Shown: in pieces, positions 22,547 through 32,596 of the stretch | Position numbering within the stretch: position 1 is the first letter of the stretch | How the letters are laid out: the number at the start of each line of letters is the position of its first letter | Assembly: GCA_963728305.1 (NCBI GenBank) | Contig: CAVSKE010000014.1 | Coordinates: 142,374 to 206,373 of the forward strand | Length of the DNA stretch: 64,000 nucleotides | Direction: 5' to 3' | DNA from: an uncultured Acidobacteriota bacterium | Lineage (GTDB): Bacteria > Acidobacteriota > Vicinamibacteria > Vicinamibacterales > UBA2999 | Notes under the pieces: generated by a model | What the model saw: the letters and a program-made list of their open reading frames with translations, nothing else | Databases searched by the model: none | What the model was told of the DNA's origin: nothing | Position numbers and translations under genes: made by a program

Positions 22547-23322
22547 ATGCGCAGTCGCGGCGCTCTATGACATTCACGGAAATCTGCCGGCACTCGATGC
22601 CGTCCTTGCGGAGGTTGGCAAGGCCGGCGTCGATCGCATCGTCGTTGGCGGTGATGTGCTGCCTGGACCGATGCCGCGCGAGACGATGGCCCGGCTGCTC
22701 GATCTGAAGATCCCGACGCAGTTCATCTACGGCAACGGCGACCTCGCGATTCTCGCGCAACTGCAGGCCACCAATCCGGGCGACGTAACCTACTGGGGCA
22801 CGTCTGGCGATGCGCCCATGCCAGAGCCGTTCCGCGAAACAATGCGCTGGACCGCGCGTCAGATCGCCGAGTATCGAGACACGCTGGCGAGGTGGCCATT
22901 GACCGTGACGCTGGAGATCGACGGGCTGGGCACCGTGCTCTTCTGCCACGCGACGCCGCGCAACGAAACGGAGATCTTCACGCGCGTGACACCGGAAGAA
23001 CGGCTCGCGCCGGTGTTCGCCGGCGTCGAGGCCTCAGTCGTCGTCTGCGGTCACACGCACATGCAGTTCGATCGGATGGTTGGACCGCTGCGCGTCATCA
23101 ACGCCGGCAGTGTGGGTATGCCGTTCGCGACGACCGGCGCCGACTGGCTGCTGCTTGGGACCTGGAATCGAGTTGCGGAAGACTCAATACGACCTGAATG
23201 CAGCGGCCGACCGGCTTCGCCGCACGGAGTATCCGATGGTCGAGGACATGGCCGTCCGCTACATCCTCAACCCACCATCGGAGCAGGAACTCTTCGCCGC
23301 GTGGGCGCCAATGGAGGTGTGA
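22547..23322 (+). CDS. metallophosphoesterase, two frame disruptions (near 22553 and 23160)
   Basis: (M)RVAALYDIHGNLPALDAVL, VVGGDVLPG, IYGNGD, VVCGHTHMQF and INAGSVG motifs. C-terminus is in ORF 23080..23322. Confidence 0.7.
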
Positions 23323-23337
23323 TGCGTCGTGTCCGGT

Positions 23338-23360
23338 GTAGTGTCCGGCTTCAGCCGGAC
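23338..23360 (+). repeat. REP-like hairpin with GTAG head between convergent genes
   Basis: GTAG-TGTCCGGC-TTCA-GCCGGAC. Confidence 0.6.
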
Positions 23361-23361
23361 C

Positions 23362-24030
23362 TCACGCGCTGACCGGCCGTCGTCGCCAGGTCGTATACAT
23401 GCGCCCGAGCGAGCCCCCGATCGTTCCCCACAACCAGGCGCCTGGAAGTCTGAGTAGCGGTGACAGCAAGAGAGGGAGAGGCGCAGGGCCGGGGATCTGC
23501 TGAATGCCTTTATAGAACGTGTACACGATCCCGCGGTCGTGAAAGGTCGTCGCAACCTGACCGGGCACGACTTCCGAGTAATTCAGGACGCCGGTCAGCA
23601 TCAAAAGCCCGGTGAGCGCGATTGGAACCGACGCGATGAGTGACGCGCGCATCGCCGCTCCACCGGGGGATCGGGTGCTCGTGACAACGGTCCAGAATCC
23701 GAGGCCGAAAAGAACGAGCACGTAGAATTCGGAGCGCAGAGGCTTCTGTACGAGGTCAATGTGTTCCGGAAGCACTGACTGCTGGTATCGAGGCGACGCA
23801 GCAATGTTGGACGCGATCGCCCCGATGACCGCAAACATCAGCCCAATGCCCACCCACGTTGGGGCCTGAACCCCGCGCATGCGCTGCCACATCGCGCTCA
23901 GCACGACGTCGCTGCAGACACGCGTCGTCAGCGGACGCGCGCGCAGCATGTCGGACAGTTCGGCTCCGTATTCCTTCCGCCAGGCACTCGGATACAGACG
24001 CAGCAGCCACGAAACCAGCCTCGTCCTCAT
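23362..24030 (-). CDS. hypothetical membrane protein co-transcribed with PadR
   Basis: ATG 24030 overlaps the PadR stop. MRTRLVSWLLRLYPSAWRKEYGAELSDML prefix, then four hydrophobic segments. Confidence 0.5.
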   Translation of the reverse strand: MRTRLVSWLLRLYPSAWRKEYGAELSDMLRARPLTTRVCSDVVLSAMWQRMRGVQAPTWVGIGLMFAVIGAIASNIAASPRYQQSVLPEHIDLVQKPLRSEFYVLVLFGLGFWTVVTSTRSPGGAAMRASLIASVPIALTGLLMLTGVLNYSEVVPGQVATTFHDRGIVYTFYKGIQQIPGPAPLPLLLSPLLRLPGAWLWGTIGGSLGRMYTTWRRRPVSA

Positions 24031-24341
24031 GCGAGTCGCAGCCTCCTGAGCCCGATTGACGCGATGCGCCGCATGTTCTGCAGCTGTTCGTCGAGCGCAG
24101 CGGCGCCGCGGGTGGTGAGCTTGTACGGGCGCTGCCGACCGTCGCCGTCGAGCGGCGCGATCAGCTCCTTCTCGACCAGGCGTGTAATCGCGTTGTAGAG
24201 AGTGCCAGGTCCGACCTTCACGCTGGCAAAGACCTCGATGTCGCTCATGATCGCCCACCCGTGCTTCGGGCCGTCGGCGAGGCTCGAGAGGATCAACAAC
24301 TCGGGGTCGGAGGCCGGCCCGGCGCTCGGCTTGCGTGCCAT
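24027..24341 (-). CDS. PadR-family transcriptional regulator
   Basis: MARKPSAGPASDPELLILSSLADGPKHGWAIMSDIEVFASVKVGPGTLYNAITRLVEKELIAPL...RRPYKLTTRG. Confidence 0.75.
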   Translation of the reverse strand: MARKPSAGPASDPELLILSSLADGPKHGWAIMSDIEVFASVKVGPGTLYNAITRLVEKELIAPLDGDGRQRPYKLTTRGAAALDEQLQNMRRIASIGLRRLRLA

Positions 24342-24343
24342 AG

Positions 24344-24355
24344 TCGTAATTACGA
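24344..24355. promoter_or_regulatory. perfect 12-bp AT-rich palindrome between divergent PadR and tannase genes (candidate operator)
   Basis: TCGTAATTACGA lies 3 nt upstream of the PadR ATG, inside an AT-rich patch (GTCGTAATTACGATATAGCATATCC) in otherwise GC-rich DNA. Confidence 0.4.
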
Positions 24356-24425
24356 TATAGCATATCCCGAAAGTTCCACATCGGGCACCACCCGTCCGGC
24401 GGCCCATGCGATAGAGTCTTCCGTC

Positions 24426-25942
24426 ATGGCCTATCGACTTGCGAGTGTCCTCCTGCTGGTCTTCTGCCTCGTTCCCGCGTGCGGCTGACGCCGCCACGTG
24501 CGAAAGCCTTTCGGCACTGAATCTGTCGAACACCAGGATTCTTTCCGCGTCGTCACAGACGGCCGGCCCATTCACACCGCCCGGTGCTGCACCCAACGCC
24601 GCCCCAAACCCGGCACTCGCCAATCTGCCGGCCTTCTGCCGCGTGACCGCATCGCTGCACCCGACCACCGACTCTGACATTCGCATCGAGGTCTGGATGC
24701 CGGCGGCAAACTGGAACGGCAAGCTGCAGTCGGTTGGCAACGGCGCGTGGGCGGGCACCATCGGCTATGCGGCGCTTGGTGCCGCGCTGTCCTCCGGCTA
24801 CGCGACGACCGCGACCGACACGGGCCATGTCGGCAATACCGCGAAGTTCGTCCCCGGTCACCCCGAAAAGATGATCGACTACGGCTACCGCGCCGTGCAC
24901 GAGATGACGGTCGCCGCGAAAGCCATCATCGCCGCCTTCTATGGCAACGGCCCGCGACTGTCGTACTGGAATGGCTGCTCGACCGGCGGCCGGCAGGGCT
25001 TGATGGAAGCGCTACGCTATCCGGCCGACTACGACGGCATCATCGCCGGCGCACCGGTCAACTACCGCACGCATCAGCTGACCTGGGAGCTGTGGGTGTC
25101 GCAGGCCGTCCATCGCGATGCGGCCAGCTACATTCCGCCGGCGAAGTACCCGGCGATTCATCAGGCCGCGCTCGACGCGTGCGACGCGCGTGACGGCGTG
25201 AAGGACGGCCTCATCGACGATCCGACGACCTGCCGCTTCGATCCCAAGGTGCTCGAGTGCAAGAGCGGCGACTCGGCCTCGTGCCTCACGCCGCCGCAGG
25301 TCATCGCCGCGCAGCGCATCTACGCACCAGCCGTGAATCCGCGGACCAGGCAGGAGATCTTCCCGGCACTGCAGCCCGGGAGTGAGCTGGGATGGGGCGG
25401 GCTCGCCGGTCCGACGCCGGTCGGCGAAGCCGTGGAGTTCTTTCAGTACGTCGTCTACAACGACCCGAGCTGGGATCCGCGGACGATCGAGTTCGACTCG
25501 GCGGCCGACGCCGCGGACAAAGCCGCCGCGGACGTGCTGAATGTCACCGACCCGAACCTGAAGCCGTTTTTCGATCGCGGCGGCAAGCTGCTGCTCTACC
25601 ACGGGTGGAACGATCAGCTCGTCGCACCGCTCAACTCGGTCAACTACTACAAGAGCATCGTCTCCACCGTCGGCCCCGCGGCCGCCGAACTCGGTGCGGC
25701 TGTTCATGATGCCCGGCACGAACCACTGCGCCGGCGGCGAAGGTCCCAACACGTTCGATCGCATGAAGGTCATCGAGCAGTGGGTCGAACAGAAGCAGAC
25801 GCCGAGCCGCATCGATGCGTCGCACTCGACGGCAGGCAAGGTCGATCGCACGCGGCCGCTGTGCGCGTATCCCGAGGTCGCGCGCTACACCGGTACGGGC
25901 AGCACCGACGAGGCCGCGAACTTCGTGTGCAGGATGCCATGA
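24426..25942 (+). CDS. tannase/feruloyl-esterase-family alpha/beta hydrolase, two frame disruptions (near 24480 and 25690)
   Basis: Signal peptide MAYRLASVLLLVFCLVPA. Family-typical WNGKLQSVGNGAWAG and nucleophile motif YWNGCSTGGRQG. C-terminus RLFMMPGTNHCAGGEGPN...PLCAYPEVARYTGTGSTDEAANFVC is in ORF 25694..25942. Confidence 0.75.
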
Positions 25943-25947
25943 CGGGC

Positions 25948-25973
25948 GGCGCGTCGAAAAGGACGCGCCCTAC
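25948..25973 (-). repeat. REP-like hairpin with GTAG head
   Basis: Reverse complement GTAGGGCGCGTCC-TTTTC-GACGCGCC. The TAG of the head is the stop codon of the RraA-like gene. Confidence 0.55.
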
Positions 25974-26625
25974 TTGCGTCGCGTCTGCAGCTGGTGATAC
26001 CCGAGCTGACGGCGCGCCTCGGCGAGCGTCTTGCCCTCGTTGATCGCCGCGCGGATCTGCTGCTCGATCGCGTCGATCTCCTCGGCGGCCGCCAGCACGG
26101 CATCCTCGTGCGAGACCTGGGATGACCAGCACACCGTCCGCATCGCCGCGCAGCAGATCACCGGGATGCACGCGCGCGTCGCCGATGTTCACGACGGCTG
26201 TTCACCGCCTCGACCTGCACGCGGTCCTTGCCGGTGCGCATCGAGTAGCTGCGGCTGAAGATCGGATAGCCAAGCTCGCGCGAGAGCTGCGTGTCGCGGC
26301 ACGCGCCGTCGATCACCGTGCCGGCGACACCTCGCTGGTGCGCGACGCACGTGAGGATGTCGCCCCACACCGTCGCGTTCTCGCGACCGCCGTTGTCGAG
26401 CACCACCACGCGGCCGGGCTCGACATCGTCGATGTAGTCGCCGACCGTGCCGGGCGGCTGCCCGGCGGGCCCATAGAGGATCGTGAAGGCCCGGCCGGTC
26501 ATGCGGAAGCTCGGGTCGAGCGGCTTGATGTTGAGACACTGCCCGGCGATGCCCAGTCGATCCAGCGCGTCGCTGATCGAGGTCGTATCCAGCTGCGCGG
26601 CACGCTCGAGATTCTTGTCGTTCAC
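25970..26625 (-). CDS. RraA-family protein (HMG/CHA aldolase LigK-like), two frame disruptions
   Basis: ORF 26158..26625: LDTTSISDALDRLGIAGQC...GDILTCVAHQRGVAGTVIDGACRD...ELGYPIFSR. Continues as NIGDARVHPGDLLRGDADGVLVIP, then EDAVLAAAEEIDAIEQQIRAAI. Confidence 0.65.
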
Positions 26626-26808
26626 GCTTCTCCGTTCTCCCTGCTCAGTTCGTGTTCACGTTCGGGGTTCGGTTCACGTTCATGGTTCACGGTTCACGGT
26701 TCACGGTTCACGGTTCACCGCCGGCTTGCAGTCGGCTGTTCTGAACCGAACTCAGAACACGAACACGAACCGAGAAGCGAGAACCCAGAAGTGTGAACGA
26801 CGTTATTT
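26625..26808. repeat. long low-complexity inverted repeat: GGTTCAC heptamer tract facing a GAAC-rich arm
   Basis: Left arm is GTTC-rich with about 5 tandem GGTTCAC units (26684-26718). Right arm CTGAACCGAACTCAGAACACGAACACGAACCGAGAAGCGAGAACC is its imperfect complement. Intergenic between the two RraA-like genes. Confidence 0.55.
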
Positions 26809-27457
26809 CTTCAGCATCGTCTCGTAGGTCTTGCCCATCACCTGCGTCGGCGGCAGGCCGTTCTTCAGGTCGGCCACCATCTGCCGTTCGCGATCGGCGA
26901 TGACTTCGGCGGCATCGAGCACACGCTCGATATCAGCCGCCTTGACGAAGACGACGGCGCTGCCGTCGGCGACGACGTAGTCGCCGGGAGCGACCTGCAC
27001 GTCGCCGACGACGATCGGCACGTTGGTGCCGGTTTCGACGATGCGCCCGCGAGCCGTGCGCGACGTCACGCTGCGCGCGAACACGGTGAAGCCGTAGCCG
27101 CGCGCCTCGTCGGCGTCGCGCGCCGGCCCGTCGATCACCACGCCGGCGACACCACGCAGCTGCGCCGCCAGTGACAGGTTGCCTCCCCAGCACGCCGCGT
27201 CGACCCCGGTGCGCTGCTCGAGGACGATGACGTCGCCGGCCTGCGCCGCCTCGATCGCCGTCGTCCCCAGATGGCGCGATGCCGCGGGCCGGCCGTCGTC
27301 TTTTTCGAGCTTCACGGTGACGACCCGTCCGGAGATCCGCCGGTCCGTCGTCAGCGCGTGGAATCCCGTTAACCACGCCCGGGAGTTGCAGCTTGTCGAG
27401 CGCGTCTGACACCGCGCAGGCGTCGAGACGGCCGAGACGCGCGAGTGTATCGTCCAT
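26803..27457 (-). CDS. RraA-family protein (second paralogue), frame disruption near 27350
   Basis: MDDTLARLGRLDACAVSDALDKLQLPG (ORF 26933..27457), then ORF 26803..27315 GGNLSLAAQLRGVAGVVIDGPARD...GFTVFARS...VQVAPGDYVVADGSAVVFV. Confidence 0.65.
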
Positions 27458-27467
27458 AGGTCAATCG

Positions 27468-27541
27468 TCGTGTCCGGCTTAGCCGGACTTCCGTAGTGTC
27501 CGGTTCAGCCGGACTCCCGTAGTGTCCGGCTTTAGCCGGAC
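27468..27541 (+). repeat. three tandem REP-like hairpins
   Basis: GTCG-TGTCCGGC-TTA-GCCGGAC; GTAG-TGTCCGG-TTCA-GCCGGAC; GTAG-TGTCCGGC-TTTA-GCCGGAC. Confidence 0.65.
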
Positions 27542-27542
27542 C

Positions 27543-28539
27543 TTACTGCCAGTACGCGAAGCACATCGCGTTGCCGGTTCCCGCTTCGGAGCGATAGCAG
27601 GGCACGTAGTCGATCTGGTGATACTTGAGACCGGCGGCGTTCATCGCCGAGATCACCGGATACCAGTTCTTGATCTCCGCGGTGCCGACCTTGAAGTAGC
27701 TCTCCGGCAGCTTCGCGAGCGCGTCCTCGTCGCCGCTGGCCATCGCCGCCATGACCTTGCTGATCGAAGTCCTCGTCGATCACGAAGTGCGTCAGCCCGC
27801 CCGACGCCATCAGCGCGACGCGCTTGAATCCGTCGAAGCTCTTGATGGCGCGATAGAGTCCGCGCCCGAGCTCGAGACAGCGATGCGACCTTCGGCGTGT
27901 TGTGCGGGAAGTGCACGTTCAGGATGATCGGCACGCTCGGCGGCGTCTTGTCCTGCAGAATCGTGTGGTAGAAGAACCCGTAGGCGTGCGGGATGCCGCC
28001 GCGCGGGGCGCCGCTCGGCGTCTGATCCGACTGCGCCAGGTCGAAGTCCTCGTCGGCGAGCGATCGCAGGATGTGATCGGCGAGATCGGTGGCGCCCGGA
28101 TAGGTCGCGCCTTCTTCCGGCGAGTTGGCCGGCTCGGCGATGTTCAGGCCCGGCGCATCTTCGTTGAGGTGCTGCACGTTGCTGATCGTCTTGCCGCGAT
28201 AGACGGTGATCGCCGGCGTCAGCCCCGCGTTGAAGAACTCGCGCTGATCGTTGCCGACGATGACGACGGCGTCCGGCGCGACCTCGTTGAACTTCCGTCC
28301 GAGCGCTTCGAGCGCCGACGCGGCACTGCGCGAAGCGCTCGCGGCGCTTCTCCACCACGATTTCGTCGCGCGAAGCCGGGCGCGCGCTCCTGCAGCAGCG
28401 CCTCGTAGTCGTAGGTCTTGCCACGGAACCAGTGCTTCTTGTTCTCGCGGTCCGCCTTCGCGCGCAGATCCCACTGCTCCGGCGGCGTGGACAGCAGCGG
28501 TCCGTGCGACGACCCGATCCCCAGGACGATGTCAGCCAT
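27543..28539 (-). CDS. class III (LigB-type) extradiol ring-cleavage dioxygenase, at least 3 frame disruptions
   Basis: MADIVLGIGSSHGPLLS (GAGGAG 8 nt upstream of ATG 28539). VVIVGNDQREFF and GIPHAYGFFYHTIL...PIILNVHFPHNTP are in ORF 27653..28474. C-terminus SYFKVGTAEIKNWYPVISAMN...CYRSEAGTGNAMCFAYWQ. Confidence 0.7.
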
Positions 28540-28605
28540 TAATCCGCTCCTCGCAATTCAAAACGTCCATAGGCAACATGCCAACACAGCTGGCGTCCGA
28601 CTCCG

Positions 28606-28631
28606 TTTGCATTTCCAGTTTGCATTTGCAT
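28606..28631 (-). promoter_or_regulatory. three direct ATGCAAA repeats upstream of the dioxygenase gene
   Basis: Minus strand reads ATGCAAATGCAAACTGGAAATGCAAAC, an AT-rich island about 70-90 nt upstream of ATG 28539. It lies after the inferred permease stop at 28637. Confidence 0.3.
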
Positions 28632-28636
28632 ACCGC

Positions 28637-29450
28637 TCACCGCTCCGGTCTCCACCGCGAAAAGTGCCGTCTCCAGCCGCTCGGCCAGCCACGTCAGGAC
28701 GATTCCCGACAGCGCGATGATCATCACGCCGAGGAACACCGTGTCGGTCTGAAAGGTCTGGCCGCCGTAGTTGACCATGTAGCCGATCCCTTCGCTGCCG
28801 CCGAACATCTCGCCGACCACCACGCCGATCAGTCCGAGGGCGACCGCCTGGCGGACGCCGGTCAGGATGAACGGCACCGCGCCGGGGATCGACGACGGTC
28901 GTGAAGATCTGCCAGTCGGACGCGCAGAACGCGCGCGCCGCCTCAGCAGATCGTCGATCGATCGCGCGCACGCCGCCGATCGTGTTGATCAGCACCGGAA
29001 AGACGGCGTTGATGAACACGATGAACACCTTCGACCACATGCCGATGCCGAACCAGATCAGCACGAGCGGGATCAGTGCGACGCGCGGCGTCGAGTAGAG
29101 CGCCGTCACGAATCGGCTCGAGGATCATCGCGCAGCGGCCGGTACCAGCCGATGATCACGCCGAGCACGACGCCCGACGGCGATCGCCAGACCGACCCCG
29201 ATCACGAAGTTGGTCCCGCTGTAGATCATGTCCTGCTTCAGCCGGCCCTTGCGTCCACTCCTCGACGAAGCGGTACGGCGACCTGCGACGGACCGGTGAA
29301 GAACAGCGGCGAGATCTTGCCGGCCGACCAGAACGCCTGCCACGCCGCCAGCGCCAGCACGACGCGCGATGCCGCCGAGGATGACCGCCTCGTGCCGCTC
29401 GTAGAAGCTGCGATGCGGCTTCTCGATCGACTCGGTCGCAGGGCCGTCAT
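28637..29450 (-). CDS. ABC transporter permease (NitT/TauT-type), several frame disruptions
   Basis: Fragments [88 protein letters not shown] and [33 protein letters not shown]...[10 protein letters not shown] 1-nt shift gives RWRPER-stop at 28637. Confidence 0.6.
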
Positions 29451-29456
29451 TCTGGC

Positions 29457-29482
29457 GTAGGGCCGGTCCTTTCGGACCGGCC
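29457..29482 (+). repeat. REP-like hairpin with GTAG head inside the ABC operon
   Basis: GTAG-GGCCGGTCC-TTTC-GGACCGGCC, between the ATPase stop and the permease start. Confidence 0.6.
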
Positions 29483-29513
29483 AGACTCGCTGGTCGCGCT
29501 CACTAGCTGGCCG

Positions 29514-30306
29514 CCTTGGACATGCCGATGCGATCCGGCGCTTCCTCGACCATCTGCCAGATGGTCGTCTTCGATCTCGAGGAACCGCGCGTCGCGCTTG
29601 AGGCGCAGCGTGCGCGGACGCTCGAACGGAATGTCGAAGACGCCCTTCACCCGACCCGGCCGCGCGCTCATCACCGCGACACGATCGGCGAGATAGACCG
29701 CTTCGTTGATCTGATGCGTGATGAACAGCACGGTCTTGCGCGCCTCGCTCCAGATCTTCAGCAGCTCCGCCTGCATGTACTCGCGCGTCTGCGCGTCGAG
29801 CGCGGCGAACGGCTCGTCCATCAGCAGCACGACCGGATCCGCGGCGAGCGCCCGGGCCAGGTTGACGCGCTGCTGCATGCCGCCGGACAGCTCCGACGGA
29901 TAGTGGCGCTCGAACCCGTTGCAGGCCGACCAGCTGCGTGAACTGCTCGGTCCGCGCGTCTGCATCGTCGCGCGGTCGAACCGCTTCTGCATCTCCATGC
30001 CGTAGCGGACGTTGCCGGCGACGGTCCGCCACGGCAGCAGGCTCGCCTGCTGAAAGACGACCGCGCGATCGACGCCGGGGCCGTCGACCCGCGCGCCGTC
30101 GATGATCACGCCTGCCGTCGTCGTAGCGGCAGCAGGCCGGCGACGATGTTGAGCAGCGTCGTCTTGCCGCAGCCGCTCGGTCCGACGATGGCCATGAACT
30201 CGCCCTCGGCGACCGAGAGCGACACGTCGGACAGCGCCAGCACCTGACGGCCGTCACGCTCGACGTAGTAGCGCTTGGTGAGACGGTCGATCTCCAGCTT
30301 GTGCAT
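29514..30306 (-). CDS. ABC transporter ATP-binding protein (NitT/TauT-type), several frame disruptions
   Basis: [14 protein letters not shown]...[20 protein letters not shown] (Walker A), [28 protein letters not shown] and ITHQINEA. End [19 protein letters not shown]-stop after a 1-nt shift. Confidence 0.75.
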
Positions 30307-30379
30307 CCGGGGCGTAGTCGGATGTCCGGCGTCACGATTTGAGCTGCCCGACGCTGTTTGCGAGGCCTGCTGACCTGCG

Positions 30380-31423
30380 CTACTTGTAGGCCTGCGCGGC
30401 CTTGCGCGACTCCTCGGCCTTGATGCCCGGGCCGAAGAGCGACTGGAAGAAGCCCTCTTGACCAGGCGCGCGACGGTGCTGTTGTCGATCACCTTGTGGA
30501 AGTCGTAGGCCTTCAGGTCGGCGGACGAGCCGCGGATCGACCTGCTGCGCGACGATCGCCTTCACGGCGCCGTCCAGGACGTACGGGACGCGGTCGAAGA
30601 TGTTGCCCTTCGCGTAGGCGTCGTAGATGCGCGCGACGTCGGCTTCCGGCTGCTTGTCGAAGGCGATGTAGGTCTTCACGGCGAAGGCCTTGTCGTCGTA
30701 GAAGCGCTTGATGGCCTCGGCGTGGGCCTTGACGATCTGCTCCGGCAGCTTCGGGTTGGCCGCAATCGCGCTCTTGGCGAACATGTAGGTCGTCGCCGCG
30801 TAGACCTCGTGCTCGGCGAGGTTCGCCAGGTTCTTGTAGCCGGCCTCCTCGAGCCGGAAGTAGTTCGGCGCGGTCAGCAGCGTGGCGTCGGCGCGGTTGG
30901 TCTGGAGCGCCGCGGCGCGCCCGCTGACATCGGTGCCGACCGGCATCCACTGCACGTCACGCACGCCGAGACCGTAGGTGCCGAGCAGCGCGACCGTGTA
31001 GTTGTACGGCGCGTCGCCGATCTGGCCGATGGCGATGCGCTTGCCCTTCAGCTGCTTCGGATTCGAGAACTCCTTCTGCGCGATCAGCGCGAACAGGCCC
31101 TTGTTCGACGAGCTGCCCATCAGCGCGAACGAGCCGTCGCGCGCGCTGGCCACCATGCCCTGCTCGAGCGAGTGATTGACCATCGACCGCCTGGCCGCTG
31201 GTCAGCATGGCGACGCCGGCCGGATGGACGCCGAACTGCAGGTCCACGTCGAGGCCGTTCTTCGCGTAGTAGCCGCCCTCCTTGGCGATGTAGAGCGGCC
31301 ACGACGCGCCGCTGCGCGTCGGGTAGTTGATGGTGACCTTCTGCAGGTTCTGCGCCTGCGGGCCACGCCGCCACCGCGCTGAGCACGGCCACGATCATCG
31401 CGAGCAGACAGTCTTCGGCTCAT
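30380..31423 (-). CDS. ABC transporter substrate-binding protein (NMT1/THI5-like), several frame disruptions
   Basis: ATG 31423 overlaps the upstream stop. Signal-like [19 protein letters not shown] 30380..31183 gives [38 protein letters not shown]...[21 protein letters not shown]. Confidence 0.65.
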
Positions 31424-32443
31424 ACGGCGGCCTCCACAGGCACCTTCAGGTTGAACACCTTCTTCGCGTTGTCCTCGAAGATCATCTTCTTGTCGTCCGC
31501 CGTCAGCCACTCGATGGCCTCGATGGTGAAGCGGGTCTCGTCGAGCCAGCGGCCGGTCCGCGGATCCTTGACCGTGCCGACGCCCGGACGCTCGGTGCCG
31601 AACAGGCAGCGGTCGACGCCGACGGTCTTGAAGAGCAGCTCGAGCGCGTCCTTCGAGTAGAGCACCGTGTCGTAGTAGAGATACCGCATCGCCTCGGAGA
31701 AGCGCATCGCGCCCGGACGCCGGAGCGAGCTGGCCTCGAACCGCGCGAACTGATACGGAATCGCGCCGCCGCCGTGCGAGACCAGAATCTTCAGCGTCGG
31801 AAAATCCTTGAACACGTTCGACGTCAACAGCGATACGACGGCGATGCTCTCTTCGTTGATGAAGTGCAGCGAGTACGGCAGACGCTCCGAGCGGCAGCCG
31901 GCCGAGTGGATGTGACCGGGGATGTCGAGCTCGACCATCTTCTCGTAGAGCGGATACCAGAAGCGGTCGCCGAGCGGCGGCGTTTCGATGCCGCTGCATT
32001 CGCCCGGATCGGGATTGAGCAGACAGCCGACGAATCCCTGCTCCTTCACGCACTTCTCGAGATACGGGACGATGGCCTTCGGGCTGACGCCCGGCGTCAG
32101 CGGCAGGCCGCACACGCCGCGGAAGGTGTTCGGGATAGAGCTGCACCTGCTTGGCGATGATGTTGTTCGTCTCCTCGACGAACCACTGCACGAGCTTGGG
32201 CGACTCGCTGGTCATCATCTGATACGGCCGCGGCGAGACGAGCTGCATGTCGGTGCCGACCTCTTTCAGCTGATCGAGGTGCGAGCTGCCGCCGAAGACC
32301 GGCGAGTTCAGCGCCTCGCGGACGTCGTCGTCGTTGGCGAGATTGCCGCCGCGCCCGTGCGCGCCGCGGTGCGCGAGGATCTGCGCCTTGTAGACGTACA
32401 GGCTGTCGGGCGCCGTGACGTGCCCGTGGGAATCGATGATCAC
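31420..32443 (-). CDS. ligJ: LigJ-like 4-oxalomesaconate hydratase (amidohydrolase_2 family), frame disruption near 32110
   Basis: MIIDSHGHVTAP..., then ORF 31420..32115 GFVGCLLNPDPGE...PPLGDRFWYPLYEKMVELDIPGHIHS...FPTLKILVSHGGGAIPYQFARF. This closely recalls Sphingobium LigJ blocks (from memory, not searched). Confidence 0.6.
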
Positions 32444-32454
32444 CGTGTCCTCCT

Positions 32455-32596
32455 ACCCAGGACTTGGTCCTTGGTCCTTGGTTCTTTGTCCTTGGTCCGT
32501 CCGGGCCGTCTGCGAAGCCCCGAGTCCTCAGAGGACCAGGGACCCGGGACCAGGAACGGACCAAGCACTAAGGACCAGGGACCAAGGACTACAACT
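32455..32596. repeat. long low-complexity inverted repeat: GGTCCTT-type repeats facing AAGGACC-type repeats
   Basis: Left arm GGACTTGGTCCTTGGTCCTTGGTTCTTTGTCCTTGGTCCGTCCGGG. Right arm CCCGGGACCAGGAACGGACCAAGCACTAAGGACCAGGGACCAAGGAC. Central mini-hairpin GAGTCCTC-A-GAGGAC. Reverse complement of the right end begins GTAG. Confidence 0.55.

Noticed and set aside
26684-26718. Tandem GGTTCAC repeats considered as a possible CRISPR or minisatellite array
   Set aside because: The period is 7 nt with no spacers and there are no cas genes. It is one arm of a long inverted repeat, not a CRISPR array.
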